From: Octopus sinensis
Lineage: Eukaryota
Reading direction: 5' to 3'
Assembly (NCBI RefSeq): GCF_006345805.1
Contig: NC_043000.1
Location: 33,480,001-33,544,000, forward strand
Length of the DNA stretch: 64,000 nucleotides
Shown: positions 39,605 through 53,210 of the stretch, piece by piece
Numbering within the stretch: the stretch's first letter is position 1
How the letters are laid out: each line of letters starts with the position of its first letter
Program-made: the position numbers and the translations under genes
The notes under the pieces: model-generated
The model's input: the letters and a program-made list of their open reading frames with translations, nothing else
Databases searched by the model: none
What the model was told of the DNA's origin: nothing

Positions 39605-39810
39605 TATATATACTGCGACAAAATGCAGTCATGTTTCCCGTAATTTAATAAATATATCGATCTATCTTTTTGTAGCTTTTGGGTTTCATTAAACTCGGCG
39701 CTGTTCATATTTTTAGACAAACCTCATCTTTCCTTCTCGTTCCTATATTACGTACAGAGAATTTACTTTTAGTGGTTCTGTTGGTCTGTAAAACATTGGA
39801 TTGTCTCAAA

Positions 39811-39841
<31 letters not shown>

Positions 39842-40351
39842 GAGCACACGACACGCTCACGCACACGTCACTGAGCAGGAAATTACAAACTTCCCTTTCT
39901 GTTTGTCCCTATTCCAAAGAGATCTGATTTACCCCACTTTGTTATCTTACGGTTACTTTGTTAATGTTGAAACACGCTTTTGCTACCGTCGCTAATAACA
40001 AGTAATGTTACATCTATACTCAAAGGATGGGTAAACAGCATTAATGTTATTCATAACGTGTATCTATAACAAATCGAGAAATGAAAAGAACTTTTCACAT
40101 TTTAATTTGTTTTAATAGATAATTTTATTTGGAAAATTAGCACTCATTTGTTTATTTAGTTTAAAGAGTGAAATTTGGAAGAGCTTATCTATGTATCGAT
40201 ATTAATCACAAAGCACATATACTTAACGCTCCACCATGCCTATTCACAGCATACCGGCAAACACACAAACCATATACGTTAAGAATATGTGGTCGATAAT
40301 GTCTATTTACACTAGCGCTGTTTCTATATCGCTAGCTCCAAAAGGTTTTTT

Positions 40352-40506
40352 ATTCTCTCTCTGTTTATTTCCTCACGTTCCTTTCTGTTGAAGAGCGTAG
40401 GCTTGAAGCGTAAAAGACTTTCTCACCTTCCCAAGCGTTAAACAAATACATCCGTTTGTTGTTTATGCACCTGTCTTCGTTTTTTGTTTTTCTGTAAATT
40501 TCAACC
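40352..40506 (+). mobile_element. solo pLTR-like repeat with hammerhead variant (40381-40416)
   Basis: CTTT CTGTTGA A GAGC GTAG GCTT GAAG CG TA AAAG; tail matches the 27451 family. Confidence 0.65.
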
Positions 40507-40563
40507 ATGATGATAATAATAATAATAATGATGATAATAATAATAATAATAATAATGATGATG

Positions 40564-40603
<40 letters not shown>

Positions 40604-40616
40604 TGATGATAATAAT

Positions 40617-40660
<44 letters not shown>

Positions 40661-40664
40661 CAAT

Positions 40665-40738
<74 letters not shown>

Positions 40739-40745
40739 TAATAAT

Positions 40746-41619
40746 GGAAAAAATGGAGTCCTACCACATGAATAGAAAGGTTGCAAGCGTAAGTGCAGAG
40801 GTACCAAGGATCAACTCCTGATAGACAAAACTATACTTAGAGACTGCAAGGAGAGGAAAAGTAACTTAGCCATGTCATCGATCGACTATCGTAAGGCGTA
40901 CGATACGATACCACATTTTTAGATTATGGAGTGTATGAACCTGTTTGGTATTGCATCGAATGTTGAGTGATTGCTTGGAAAAAGTATGGCGAATTGGAGG
41001 ACCACCTGACAACATGCACAAGAAGTTTAAGGACAGTAGAAATCAGGAGGGGCATCTTTCAAGGGGACTGCCTTATTCCACTGATCTTTGTATTGTGCTT
41101 GATACCACTAACACAGTACAAAGATCTGAGGAAAGCAAAAGCTGGGTATGTATTCAAAAGCCGCCAAGAAAAAGTCGACCATTTGTTATTCATGGATGGC
41201 CTCAAACTTTATAGTAAAGATGAAGCCCAAGTCAGTTCCCTCGTTGATACGGTGTATACTTTCAGTGCTGATATCAGAATGGAGTTCGGACTGAGAGAGT
41301 GTGGTGTGTTAATCTTGAAGAGAGGCAAAATCAAATGTATGGACGGGCTATCGATACCGTCGGGGGAGGTTATGAAGCAGATAGAAGAGACGGGCTATAA
41401 GTACTTGAGGATTTTGGAAATGGATAAATTGATGGAGAAAAAAATGACAGAAAAATTTATAAACGGACGGAATAAGATTGAAGCTATCAACATCTGGGCG
41501 GTTTCACTCCTTAGATATGGATCAGGGGTAATCGCATGGACAGTAGACGAACTAAACAGCATAGACAGAAAGACAAAGAAGTTGCTAACTAGATATGGGA
41601 TACTCCACCCAAAAAGTGA
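40746..41619 (+). mobile_element. R4/Dong-like LINE RT fragment starting directly at (ATA)n
   Basis: [65 protein letters not shown]. Confidence 0.9.
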
Positions 41620-42020
41620 GTCAATATTGTTTACTTTCTAACACCAAACATTAATGATAATTCACGGGTACTTTGAGATGGATCTGACTCGACGGTGGCT
41701 TTCAGTTCGTCATTATCCACCTTTGTTTCTGGTCGACCGCGTTGCTCATTTGTGAAGTCAAAATTACCAGAACGAAATTTTGCAAACCTATTTAGTACTG
41801 TCTGCTGTGTAATAACATTAGAATGAAATACTCCATTAATATATCGAGCCGTTTGTGATGCTGTATTTCCGAGAAAGAACTCATATATCAAAACTGTACG
41901 AATTTCCGACTTATCCATCTCTAAACAAAAATAGCAAAAAACCATTTATAAATATTTTATAAAGCGCAAAATAAGTTAGAATAAAGAAATAGATGTGTCA
42001 GCTTTCTAACAAAAAATAAT
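41616..42020 (-). pseudogene. mariner transposase N-terminal (HTH) fragment
   Basis: MDKSEIRTVLIYEF..GNTASQTARYIN, RFAKFRSGNFD, RGRPETKVDNDELKA.VE.DP.QSTREL. Confidence 0.85.
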
Positions 42021-42027
42021 GATTATA

Positions 42028-42278
42028 AGGCATAAGTTTGGCCAAGGTTGTTTATAGAAGACCACCAGTCGTCGCATGCATATCAACCTCCCCTCTCAAT
42101 CTCTCCACATCACTGATGTTATCCAAGGGAAAGGCAAAGGGGTTGATACAGCTTGGCACCAATGATTGAAGTGGAGAAACGTGAAAAATAAAGTGTCTTT
42201 CTCCAGAATGCAGTCCGGTCCGGTCCGGGAATCGAACTCACAACCTCATGTATGTGAGCCTGATTCTCTATCCACTGA
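42028..42278 (-). mobile_element. tRNA-derived SINE, family e
   Basis: B-box-like GAGTTCGATTCCC on the minus strand; body matches 50605-50895. Confidence 0.75.
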
Positions 42279-42296
42279 TATATATATATATATATT

Positions 42297-42327
<31 letters not shown>

Positions 42328-43487
42328 TTCATGCTAAATACACCTACAGATGCATGTATGATTGTTACGTACAATTGGTGGCTATATGTGACGTGTCTCT
42401 ATTAATATCCACATAAGACAAAGTGTGTATCAGTGAACCTGTCGAAGTGTGTCCTCCTCCTCCTCCTCCTCTGCCTCCTCCCCTTCTGCTTCCTTCTCTG
42501 CCTCCTTCTCAGCCTCCTCCATTGATATTTATAAAGAAACTTGTATTTAATAAGAAGATTTATCTTCTTTGTAGTTTGGCAATCGAGTTGATCGCCTCGC
42601 TCTTTGAAATCTCTCACTCCAACCGAACAAAAGATACCTTCTTCAATGATCTCCTTTGAGACATTCGCATTATATGGCTGTTGATATTGCAAATGATGTT
42701 TTTGCTGTGGTTGTTGTTGTTGTTGTTGTTGTTATTATTGCTATTCATCTTTTGGCTGTTGTAAATGCTATTGTTATTTTTGTGGAAACTGCTGATGGTG
42801 TTGCTGTTGCAGTTGTTGTTGTTGTTGCTAATGCAGCTGTTTTTGTTATCACTACTGTTTTTGCTTCTGTTGCTAACGTTGTTGCCATTGTAACTGTTGT
42901 TGTTGTTGTTGTTGTTCTCAAGCACCTCGTCAACCTTGATTCAGCAAATTTATTATTAAAGTCGCTCCAGTTATGACCACACCATCCTTTTAAGACGGAA
43001 AGAGAGTAATCTGAGGGAAAAACATGGTCGCTATTTCTAGCGGTTTGAAGTACAACGTATAGGATCCCTTGTTGCAGTTGTTGTTATTGCTTATTGTGTT
43101 TTCATATAAGTCATATTTTATTGTTATTCTCCTCCATGTTTTCCGTTGTTGCTATTGTTGTTGATGTCGTTTTCGTTACTATTGTTATTGTTAATATTGG
43201 TTTATTGTTATTGGTCGTTGCTGTTGGTGTTATTGTAAATTCTTCGAAGCAGTTTTCGGAAGCGGTTGATGCTGTTATTGTTGTTGTTAGTCTGAGATTG
43301 TCAAAAACAACTTCCAGCACAACACCTCAGAGAATTGTCTTGTATTCTTCAATTGCAAGGAAGGACTAATCGATTGATGCAATTCTTCATCTCCCGCTTC
43401 CTCTCCCTCTTCGCAACGATTCTCTGATAGATTTCTCAATGTCTTTGATGTTAGAACTGAGGGAATACTGAAGACATGGCACTATCA

Positions 43488-43730
43488 TAGAAGAAGAAGA
43501 AAAAGAAGAAGAAGAAAGAAGAAGAAGAAAAGGAAGAAGAGGAAGAAAAGAAGAAGAAGAAGAAGAAGAAGAAAAGGAAGAAGAGGAAGAAAAGAAGAAG
43601 AAGAAGAAGAAGAAGAAGAAGAAGAAGAAAAGGAAGAAGAAAAAGAAGAAGAGGAAGAAGAAGAAGAGGAAGAAGAAGAAGAGGAAGAAGAAAAAGAAGA
43701 AGAAGAAGACGACGACGATGATGATGATGC
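43488..43730. repeat. (GAA)n polypurine tract
   Basis: Direct reading. Confidence 0.95.
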
Positions 43731-43896
43731 TCTGCTGTTGGTGCTGATGGTGGACATAATGACGACGACGACAACAATGATGATAATGATGATTATGATG
43801 ATGAAAAAATAAGGAAGAAGACAGAAATAGGAAACAAAAGACGAAATGATGAAAATACAAAGTAACTTCAGTGAGAACATCACGAACAATGATGGC

Positions 43897-43934
<38 letters not shown>

Positions 43935-44158
43935 CGACGATTATGATGATGATGATGACTTTCACTTTTGTAGAGGAACATAAAGGAGTAATACATTACG
44001 GAAAGGGATGGAGTAGTAGTAGTAGAAGGAGGAGGAGGAGGAGGAGAAAAACGAAAAGAAGATGAAGTAAAGAAGAAGAAGAGAAAGGAAAAAAGAAAGA
44101 GAAGGATAATTTGAAGAAAATGGAGAATGTTGGAGCATGTTTCAGTGTTGTTGTTGCT

Positions 44159-44189
<31 letters not shown>

Positions 44190-44270
44190 ATGACGGTGCC
44201 GAAGGACAATGACTGAGAGGGCCTTGTCCCTTTGTTTTAGCAGTAGTCATTGATGATGATGATGATGATG

Positions 44271-44306
<36 letters not shown>

Positions 44307-46305
44307 TAATAATAATAATAATATGGTTACGGTAATGATGTTGATGAGAGGACTGATGATAATACGATACAATCTTTCGCTATTTACCATTTCAATGTTT
44401 TTCTGTTCGCATGAAAAAAAAAACAAAAAAACAAAACAAAAACAAAACATCACACACACACGCACACACATCACCAACGACACAATAACAACAACAACAA
44501 CAATAACAACCACAGCAGTTTTGTTTTATGTGTTATTTTTTTTTTAGTTATTGATTGACTTTGCAGACATTGTCGAGATATTGTATTATATAAAGGCAAT
44601 ATTATAGAGATGCTATCTGGGCATCGATCAGTAATTCGCTGCTAAATGTATCAAAGTGTTTACACCATGTTGTATGTTCCAATATTATCAGAATGCAGTT
44701 CAATACTTTTCTAAACTTTTATATCATCCTATATCTCTCCGCTGTTGGATGTTTTCAATTTAGTAATAATGTACGAGGCTGGCATAGCTGAAATGGGGGT
44801 CGGTATGGTGGTGTAGTTAAGAAATTCACTCCAGAAATACGGGGTTTCATGTTCAATATTGCAGCAGATCAGCCGAAGCTATTTTGGGAGTGAAATTTGG
44901 TAGACGGAAGCTGTGTGTGTTGGTGAGACTATTTTTTGTTTTAGAGTGTTAGATTAATCCTGTCATCCACCATAACCCCATCACTTGGTTCTTAAGTACC
45001 ATTACTTGGTTCTTAAGTACCTTGTGAAGGACACAAGTTTAACCACCGTAGGGCCTTTAGGTATCTTTGGTGGGGTACACAACCTTGCCGCTTAGCTTAA
45101 TCCCTCCACCCAGTTCTTTGATAAGTTTAATGCAGTCCACTCTGTTTTCTCCCAGTTTAATACTACTATCGGGTCCATGGGTATCTTTAATGTATTCCAC
45201 TCTGTGACAAGTAATCTGGCCATGTTACAAGTTTAAGGAAATACCTTCCCTTCCAACAGCTTTTGTGGCCTTGATAATTATCATGGGTGCTGTTCTTTCT
45301 CCTCTAAGTCCTGTAAAAACACAACACTTTCAGTAATTTGTTTTGTCGCTGGATATTGATTTACTGATTGAGGAGTGATTAATCGGAATCCGATCATTTG
45401 TTCTGTGATGGACCAATGGCGAAGACATTTGACCCTCAACGGTTGGCCCATTCAAAAAGCGCATTTGAACACTTAATTGTTTAGTCGTTCACAGAGCTGT
45501 AAGTATGCAACATTGCAAACTGTTTTTTTTTTCTATCGGATTTCAGAAAAATGTTTTTTAGCTTACAATTCTGACTTCAAAATAACCACTTCTATAAATA
45601 CTGGGTTGTTGAAGAGAAATTAGATGAAACCCAAATAGTATAAGCCCTTATGGATTAGGATCCTCATTCAGTATTGAATGTTGGAAGTGTAAACATGATT
45701 CAGAAACAACTTGTCATTTAAGCATAACGTTGGCTGAACATAACTTAAAGTAAACAATATTTTGATCGAGAAGTGTGTAGTTTTATAGCATTAGTATTTA
45801 CATACTTTTGTAAACAGTGTAGACGTGACACCATCATTTCGACGGTGTGATGTGTGGATCTTAGTGAAGATAGATAGGGAGGAAGAGAGAGGGAGAGGGA
45901 GAGGAAGAGAGAGAGAGAGAAAGATTAAAGAAAGAGAGAGAGAGAGAGGGAGAGAGGGAGAGAGAGAGTAGAATATCTTGATACGGTTATCATAAAGTTT
46001 AATATTTGATGCAAGATCCGAAAGGGTCAAGCATAAAAGATTCTTCATTTTATTGCGATTCTGGTTTCATTATCACTTCTAAAGCTGAAGAAGTGGCCTT
46101 AAAAACGTGTTGGAGTGGAAAAGCTATGGATCAGAGGGGAATTGTGAAGGTCAGTGACACTTAAATGATTTGATGGAGTCATTCATGTCACATATGGCAT
46201 TAGAGAACTCAACGAGCTACATGTTTAATAAACCAACGTGCCGTGAATGTGTTCACACACACACAGAGACTCACTCACACACTCACGCTCACTCAAACAC
46301 ACACA

Positions 46306-46347
<42 letters not shown>

Positions 46348-46350
46348 GAC

Positions 46351-46391
<41 letters not shown>

Positions 46392-46559
46392 TCTCTCTCT
46401 CGCACACACAAACATTCCTAGAATGCACGAGCTGTGTTCATATCTTAAATAAAAGATCGCATAAAAGCAAGCGTCATTTCAAAACGCTGTAATGCCTGAT
46501 TCCAAAATCTGTTCCTTATTCTTGCTTCCAGCTTTCAACTTCATTGGAAGTTATCTAAG

Positions 46560-47800
46560 AGTCTGCTGTCGAAGCTCTCTCTTCTGATCATTGTTTTCCG
46601 AAATATCCAAGATTTAGTTTTCTGTAGAAAAGCTGTGTAAAAGTACTTTTTGTCTGTCTCTACACGAGCTCAGCTTCTGGTATCTACCATTCCTTTCTCA
46701 ACTAGCAACGAGCAGCACCAATCGAAAGTGCCAAAGACAGAGCGTCCCACCGAGAGACAGAAGCAAGAAAATATGCACAAGATTTCTTCAAATTCGAAGA
46801 GAATTAATGCTTCTTGATAACATTCGGCAGCGCATTTTCTAACCATTTATGATGCTAGTATTGTCATAAAATGGATCCTGCTAGTCTTTTACATCAAATC
46901 CATTTACCTTAAAAAAAAAAAAGGTCAAGTAAGCATTGAGCAGGTTGTTTAGCTTCCATATGGCCTTCCATATCTCCAACCTCCTCAGATCTTTCAACAG
47001 TTCCACTCTGCAAAATATGGTAGGCATTCAGTCAGCTGATTCTCGTCAGTTATGTCTGTAGTAATCGATCCAATGAGGCATTACTACCCGAATTGCCTCA
47101 CCAATCATATGGATGAATTCCTGACAGGTTGTTTTCGATAAATATGATTTATCTTTCCTATATTTGTCTACCAGCCCTAGTTTATAGGTCCTGCTGGAAA
47201 ACGCTCAAAGTTGGCCAAAACTTGTAACCATCCCAACTAAAATCCTTCATGATAAATTCCATCAGTTCCATCTATTACATGAAATAAAATCTCCCATTTT
47301 GCTAGAATCTTTGCAGCTTTCATTTTTCTCTCTAGAAATGTGCATCAACAGATTTGACGAACCTTCATTGATTTCTCAATTTGGGAATGGATATATTCGC
47401 CTCTGATTTTGTGCAACAGCAGTGAAATTAAGGATTCTTTATACGAGATATTGTCTTCATATCGGGCTAATGGACTGCTCGAATCTTTCCAATCCGTCTC
47501 TTCTAAACTTTGAGGAATATCTTGAATTCATAACCTTCCTTGGGAAACACAAAAGCCTGAGAAACGGCGCAAGTTTATAAGTCCTGGAAATACCTCTAAA
47601 AATGTTATAATCTGAAGAGTAAAGCAGGAGGTATTTTAGGATATTCAGAAAGTTAACCTTGGAAGGTAACGGCCTAGCTGTGGCAAATGATCTTATTGCC
47701 ACTTTCTCATTATCGATTCCTCTCTTTCGAAAACAACTCGATCACATAGAAATAGTCGACTTTGTTTTGAAACAAGAATTTCACGATGCAACGAGCTCTA
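46560..47800 (-). pseudogene. hAT transposase relic (ZMYM1/THAP12-type)
   Basis: Minus strand YLSKTTCQEFIHMIGEAIR, TTDITDENQLT, VER, FYDNTSIING resemble YLS..IQNE, DETTD..QL, RGQ.YDNASNMSG; ends approximate. Confidence 0.65.
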
Positions 47801-47901
47801 AACAAGCCCGTCTCTTCTTTTGGTTCTCATTTCATACCATACCAAGCCTAAAACCCATAAGTGCCGTTGCTTAAGCAATCCCAAATGCACAGTTTAAATA
47901 T

Positions 47902-48083
47902 TAGTTTCAAATTTTGGCACAAGACCAGTAACTTTAGGAGAGGGGTTAAGTAGATTACATCAACCGCATGAAAGGATGAAAGGCAAAGTCAACTTTGGCG
48001 GAATTTGAATTTGGAACTTAAAGACGGACGAAATGTCGTTAAGCATTCCGTTCGGAGTGCTAACGATTCTACCAGCTCACAGC
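47902..48083 (-). mobile_element. tRNA-derived SINE, family a
   Basis: Matches other family a copies. Confidence 0.8.
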
Positions 48084-48399
48084 TTTATGCAGAATTTAAA
48101 TATTAAATCTTGTTAAATAACCCTAATATAATACGAATTTATAGGTTTAACGTTGAAAATGTCGCTACTTCATCTGTTAACTAAGTCCTGATTAGTTATA
48201 AAGAGACGGGTTAGCGTTATGAAGTCTGTAATATATTAATCTGACTGTTTAACCGATCTTTATTAATGAGCTATAATTACTGTGAAGCTCAATTGCTGTA
48301 CGACGAGTTTAATCTCTGAAAACAGAGGCATTGAACTGCAAATTTATGAAGCAGAACCCAACAAAATGCCGCGAGTGTGATATTTATTGCCGTTAATGT

Positions 48400-48712
48400 G
48401 AGGGCACGTGGTTTAATGGTTTGTGTATTCGGCTCACGATTCTGAGTTCGATTCCCGGCGGCGCGTTGTGTCCTTGAGCAAGACACTTTATTTCCCGTTG
48501 CTGCAGTTCACTCAACTGACAAAAATGAGTAGTACCTGTATTTCTAGGAGCCAGCCTTGTTACAGTCAGTGTCACGCTGAATCTCCCTGAAAACTACGCT
48601 AAGGGTACGCGTGTCTGTGGAGTGCTCAGCCACTTACTCGCCAATTTCTCTAACAGGCTGTTCCGCTGATCAGGCCAACTGGAGCATTTATCGTCGCAAC
48701 CGACGGAGGGGC
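48400..48712 (+). mobile_element. tRNA-derived SINE, family c, full length
   Basis: GAGGGCACGTGGTTTAATGG ... GAGTTCGATTCCC head, conserved core and tail. Confidence 0.85.
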
Positions 48713-48846
48713 AGTATTGTTCTTATGTGTTAACTATCGGAAGAAACCCAAGCATTGGCGCATCCTTCAAACCCTCAGACCAGCAGTATCGATTGCTCTT
48801 ATTACTATATTAATCCAATCATCAGACACACTGTGTAAGAACAATA

Positions 48847-48962
48847 CTGGTCCTCCGTCGGTTACGACGACGAGGGTTCCGTTGATCCGATCAGCGGAAC
48901 AGCCTGCTGCAGAAATTAGCGAGCAAGTGGCTGAGTAGTCTACAGACCCGAGTACCCTTAGA
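48847..48962 (-). mobile_element. 3' fragment of SINE family c, inverted relative to 48400-48712
   Basis: Reverse complement resembles 48600-48712. Confidence 0.75.
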
Positions 48963-49423
48963 CTGTACCTGGCTCGATTTGAACCAAAGACCTCTGTTTC
49001 TAAACCAATGACAGCAACATAAGTATATTATCGCATTTATTAGCAATAACGCATCTGGGATAATTTAAGGGTTTAATTACTGTTGGTGTTTTAAAATTTA
49101 TATTGTTTTGGTATGAGGATATTGATGGGAGGAGGGGGTGGTGATGCTCCTTAATGAAGGTAATGGTGATCATGAAGGTGATGATGAAGATGAAGATGAT
49201 GTTGCTGATGATGATGATCATGATGATCATGATTACGCTGACGACGGTGTTGCCACTAGTGCTGCTGCTGCTGCTTATACGAATGACGACAATGATGGCA
49301 TCGATGATGATGGTGATGATGATGATGATGATTATAATTATGGATGTTTGCAACGAATGCTGTAGTATCAAGAATACTACCATTAAGCTTATATCCCCCT
49401 CCTCCTCTTCTACGTCCTCCCTC

Positions 49424-49472
<49 letters not shown>

Positions 49473-50604
49473 ATCATCATCATCATCATTATCACTACCG
49501 ACAACACCATCCGTAGCCACACTATCACCTTCATTAAAACAAGCAACGCTTCTACCACCGAACCCCCCACCATACCCCCACTCACTACTACTCCCGTTAC
49601 CATGAGCATTAGCACAACCACCACCATCATCACTTCCATAGTTACCGCAGCCAACGCTACTGTCACCACAACCACAATCACCACCACCGCCACCACAACC
49701 ACCACCACCACTGTCACTACCGCCACAACCACCATCACCATTGCCTCCACCGCCGCCGCCGCCGCCACCATCACCACGGCCTCCGCCGCCACCACCACAT
49801 TAGGAATGAAAAGAGAAGTCATTGTAAAGTCATGTAGTGCTGTCAGATAGTCTGATAGTTCAGAGGAATTAACATTGTTGCCGAAGAATTGACGTAATAA
49901 GTATGAAGATCACCATAGAAACCAGAAACAACACAAACAACAAACAAACAAATTATAAGTAATTTTATGGCGAAGTAAATTGTTTTTCGGAACCAAAACG
50001 ACAGGTAACATCGATACGGTGATAGAGAGGAAGGCTGAAGATGTGACACAACGCTACATACACACACACACATACACACGTGCATACACACACGTGCATA
50101 CACGCACGTGCATACACACACGTGCATACACACACGTAGACACACACACACACATGCATACATATATACATACATACATACATATAATACACACATGCAT
50201 ACATACATATATATACACACATGCATACATACATACACACACGTAGACATACACACACACATACATACATACATACATACATACATACATGCACACATAC
50301 ATGCATGCATACATGCATACATACTTATATACATACATACACACATGCATACATACGTACATACATACACATGCACACATACACAAACATACATAAATGC
50401 AAGCACACATATAGACACGTGATCGGTAACTTCAAGTACCATTCGAGTACTGGAGTCGATGTACTCTACTGTCCCACCCAGCCCCGCACCTACAAATATC
50501 TGACCCTGCATCTTTGTTAGAAATTTATCATAACGATCATGATGATGATAATGGAGATAACAATGAGGATGATAATAATTGCTGCCTTAATAATAATAAT
50601 AATA

Positions 50605-50895
50605 AAAGGGGTAAAGACCCCCTTCGGTCATGAATGACCATGGGATTGCACCTAGAAAGTTACCCTCCTAGACACAAGTCCGGGCAAGGTTGTTTATGGA
50701 AGACCAGCAGTCGCCCATGCATACCAGACTCCCCTCTCCACGCCACCAGTGTTATCCAAGGGAAAGACAAAGGTCGATACAGCTTGGCACCAGTGACGTC
50801 GCAACTCATTTCTACAGCTGAGTGAACTGGAGCAACGTGAAATAAAGTGCCTTGCTCAAGAACACAACACGCAGCCCGGTCCGGGATTCGAGCTC
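50605..50895 (-). mobile_element. tRNA-derived SINE, family e, 5'-truncated, in (AAT)n
   Basis: Shares the head with family c and the body with 42028-42278. Confidence 0.82.
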
Positions 50896-50934
<39 letters not shown>

Positions 50935-51485
50935 CTGATGCAGTACCAGGCAGTGGCTCTCATGGCTTCTGATCTTAACTGATTGGAAGTGTTATCATGT
51001 ACAATTGTTTTGTCTTGGTATAAAAGATGGGCTACAGCAATATTCTGCTCAATAACCACAGATTTGCTTGTCAGTTGTTTGACCTTACCAGTTGAGCATG
51101 TCCCTTAGTGGCTGACGATATGTGCATCTCTGATCACGAGCAGAAGTAGTGGGGGAGCATCATAGCCATGTGTTGAGAGGGATTCTTTTTGGGTTTGAAT
51201 AGTTCACATCTGGAAACATGGGTGGTTCTTTCAACATCCTTAAACAACCCTTATTCAGGGACCGTTGGAGCGGATGGGCTACTCAACCTGAAGAAAATTC
51301 TAACTGGGCCCCACCTGCAAGGTCATGTGCTGTTTATCTTGATATGAGATCATCATGTCGCGCACATATGGTTGTGATGCATGTGCCTGGTGTACCTTTA
51401 TCAGACGGGTAGTCATGATGGGTATATTGGGCTTCGTATATTTTACCCCAGTGTCACTTTGATGGCATGAACTGCTCTCTCACTC
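50935..51485. mobile_element. ~550-bp non-coding interspersed element in (AAT)n, copy 1
   Basis: Three highly similar copies in the window, each flanked on both sides by (AAT)n. Confidence 0.85.
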
Positions 51486-51556
51486 AATAATATGATAATA
51501 ATATAATAATAATAATAATAATTAATAATAATAATAATAAAATAATAAATATGAAT

Positions 51557-51633
<77 letters not shown>

Positions 51634-52187
51634 GCCCTGATGCAGTACCAGACAGTGGCTCTCATGGATCCTGATCTTAACTGACTGGAAGTGTTATCAT
51701 GTACATTCTTTTGTATTGGTATAAAAGATGGGCTACAGCAAATATTCTGCTCAATACCACAGATTTGCTTGTCAGTTGTTTGACCTTAACCAGTTGAGCA
51801 TGTCCCTTAGTGACTGACGATATGTGCATTTCTGATCACGAGCAGAAGTAGTGAGGGAGCATCATAGCCGTGTGTTGAGAGGGATTCTTTGGGGTTTGAT
51901 TAATTCACCTCTGGAAACATGGGTGCTTCGTTCAATATCCTTAAACAACCCTTATTCAGGGACCTTTTGAGAGGGATGGGTTACTCGACCAGAGGATAAT
52001 TCTAACGGGGCCCCACCTGCAAGGTCATGTGCTGTTTATCTTGATATGAGATCCCCATGTCACGCACATATGGTTGTGATGCATGTACCTAGTGCACCGT
52101 TATGAGACGGGTAGTCATGATGGGTATACTGGGCTTCGTATATTTTACCCCAGTGTCACTTTGATGGCATGAACTGCTCTCTCACTC
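51634..52187. mobile_element. ~550-bp element, copy 2, tandem to copy 1
   Basis: Direct repeat of 50935-51485 separated by (AAT)n. Confidence 0.85.
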
Positions 52188-52212
52188 AATAATAATAATA
52201 ATAATAATAATA

Positions 52213-52365
52213 ACATCGAAAAATACCTTAGGAATGAGAACCCAGGTTCAAAATTTCATCAAGACACCTATTGAAGGCTGGAGGGTATATCAGCCGAAAC
52301 GTTATGATAACAACAAACAAGATGAGGGCAAGTATCCGTCAAATGTAAATAATGTAAATAATGTA
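52213..52365 (+). mobile_element. pLTR-like short repeat with decayed hammerhead (52263-52308)
   Basis: GACAC CTATTGA A GGCTG GAGGGTATAT CAGCC GAAA CG TT; tail ACAACAAACAAGATGAGG.CAA.TATCCGTCAAAT shared with 19120-19155. Confidence 0.6.
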
Positions 52366-52518
52366 CCAATAATAAAGTTAGTATAAGAGGGCTAAGCTTA
52401 ATCCAAAGAAACGAGGATTTAAGTTCGGTATTAGAGTATACTCAATACAAAAGAGCTATCTTGAAAATTAAAGGTACAATGAAATAATGCCTATACAATA
52501 TTTATATATATATTAGAA

Positions 52519-52731
52519 GGCGGCGAGGTGGCAGAGGCGTTAGCACGCCGGGCGAAATGCTTGGCGGTGTATCGTCTGTCTTTACGTTCTGAGTTCAAAT
52601 TCCGCCGAGGTCGTCTTCGCCTTTCATCATTTCGGACGCGATAAATTAAGTACTAGTTACGTACTGGGGTATATCTAATCGACTGGCCCACTCTCCCAAA
52701 TTTCGGGCCTTGTGCCTCGAGTAGAAAAGAA
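52519..52731 (+). mobile_element. tRNA-derived SINE, family a
   Basis: GGCGGCGAGGTGGCAGAGGCGTTAGC ... GAGTTCAAATTCC. Confidence 0.85.
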
Positions 52732-52935
52732 TATTTATAGATTAGTTTCACACCAGATTGAAGAAGAGTTTACAAACCTTTCGAATCATTTGACCTTCAC
52801 CGCAGATAACAATAAATAAATAAATAAAAACAAAATGAAATAAAAAAGAAGGAAAGGAAAAGACATATTTTTCACATTGTATGTGTGCATGCGTGCATAC
52901 ATGTATACATGTATGTATGTATGTATGTATGTATG

Positions 52936-52966
<31 letters not shown>

Positions 52967-53056
52967 GTATGTATGTATGTAATTGTATGTATACATTAAT
53001 ATGTATATATATATATATACGTCTATATAACCATGTATGACCGTGTGTATGTGTGT

Positions 53057-53105
<49 letters not shown>

Positions 53106-53210
53106 AGAGCCTCTATACCGTCATCCGTCACCGTCAGGTCGCCATGATAGATCGTTAGCTCCAACACGCATTTTTTCTCTCCTTGTTTCTCTCCTTGTTT
53201 TTCTGTGTAT

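Noticed and set aside
44979-45020. 21-bp direct repeat (and the 61943-62018 repeats) as a CRISPR array
   Set aside because: Repeats are adjacent with no spacers, the context is eukaryotic, and there are no cas genes.
50935-51000. HDV-like ribozyme at the end of the 550-bp element
   Set aside because: Only a partial P1-like pairing; no L3/P1.1 or J4/2 signature visible.
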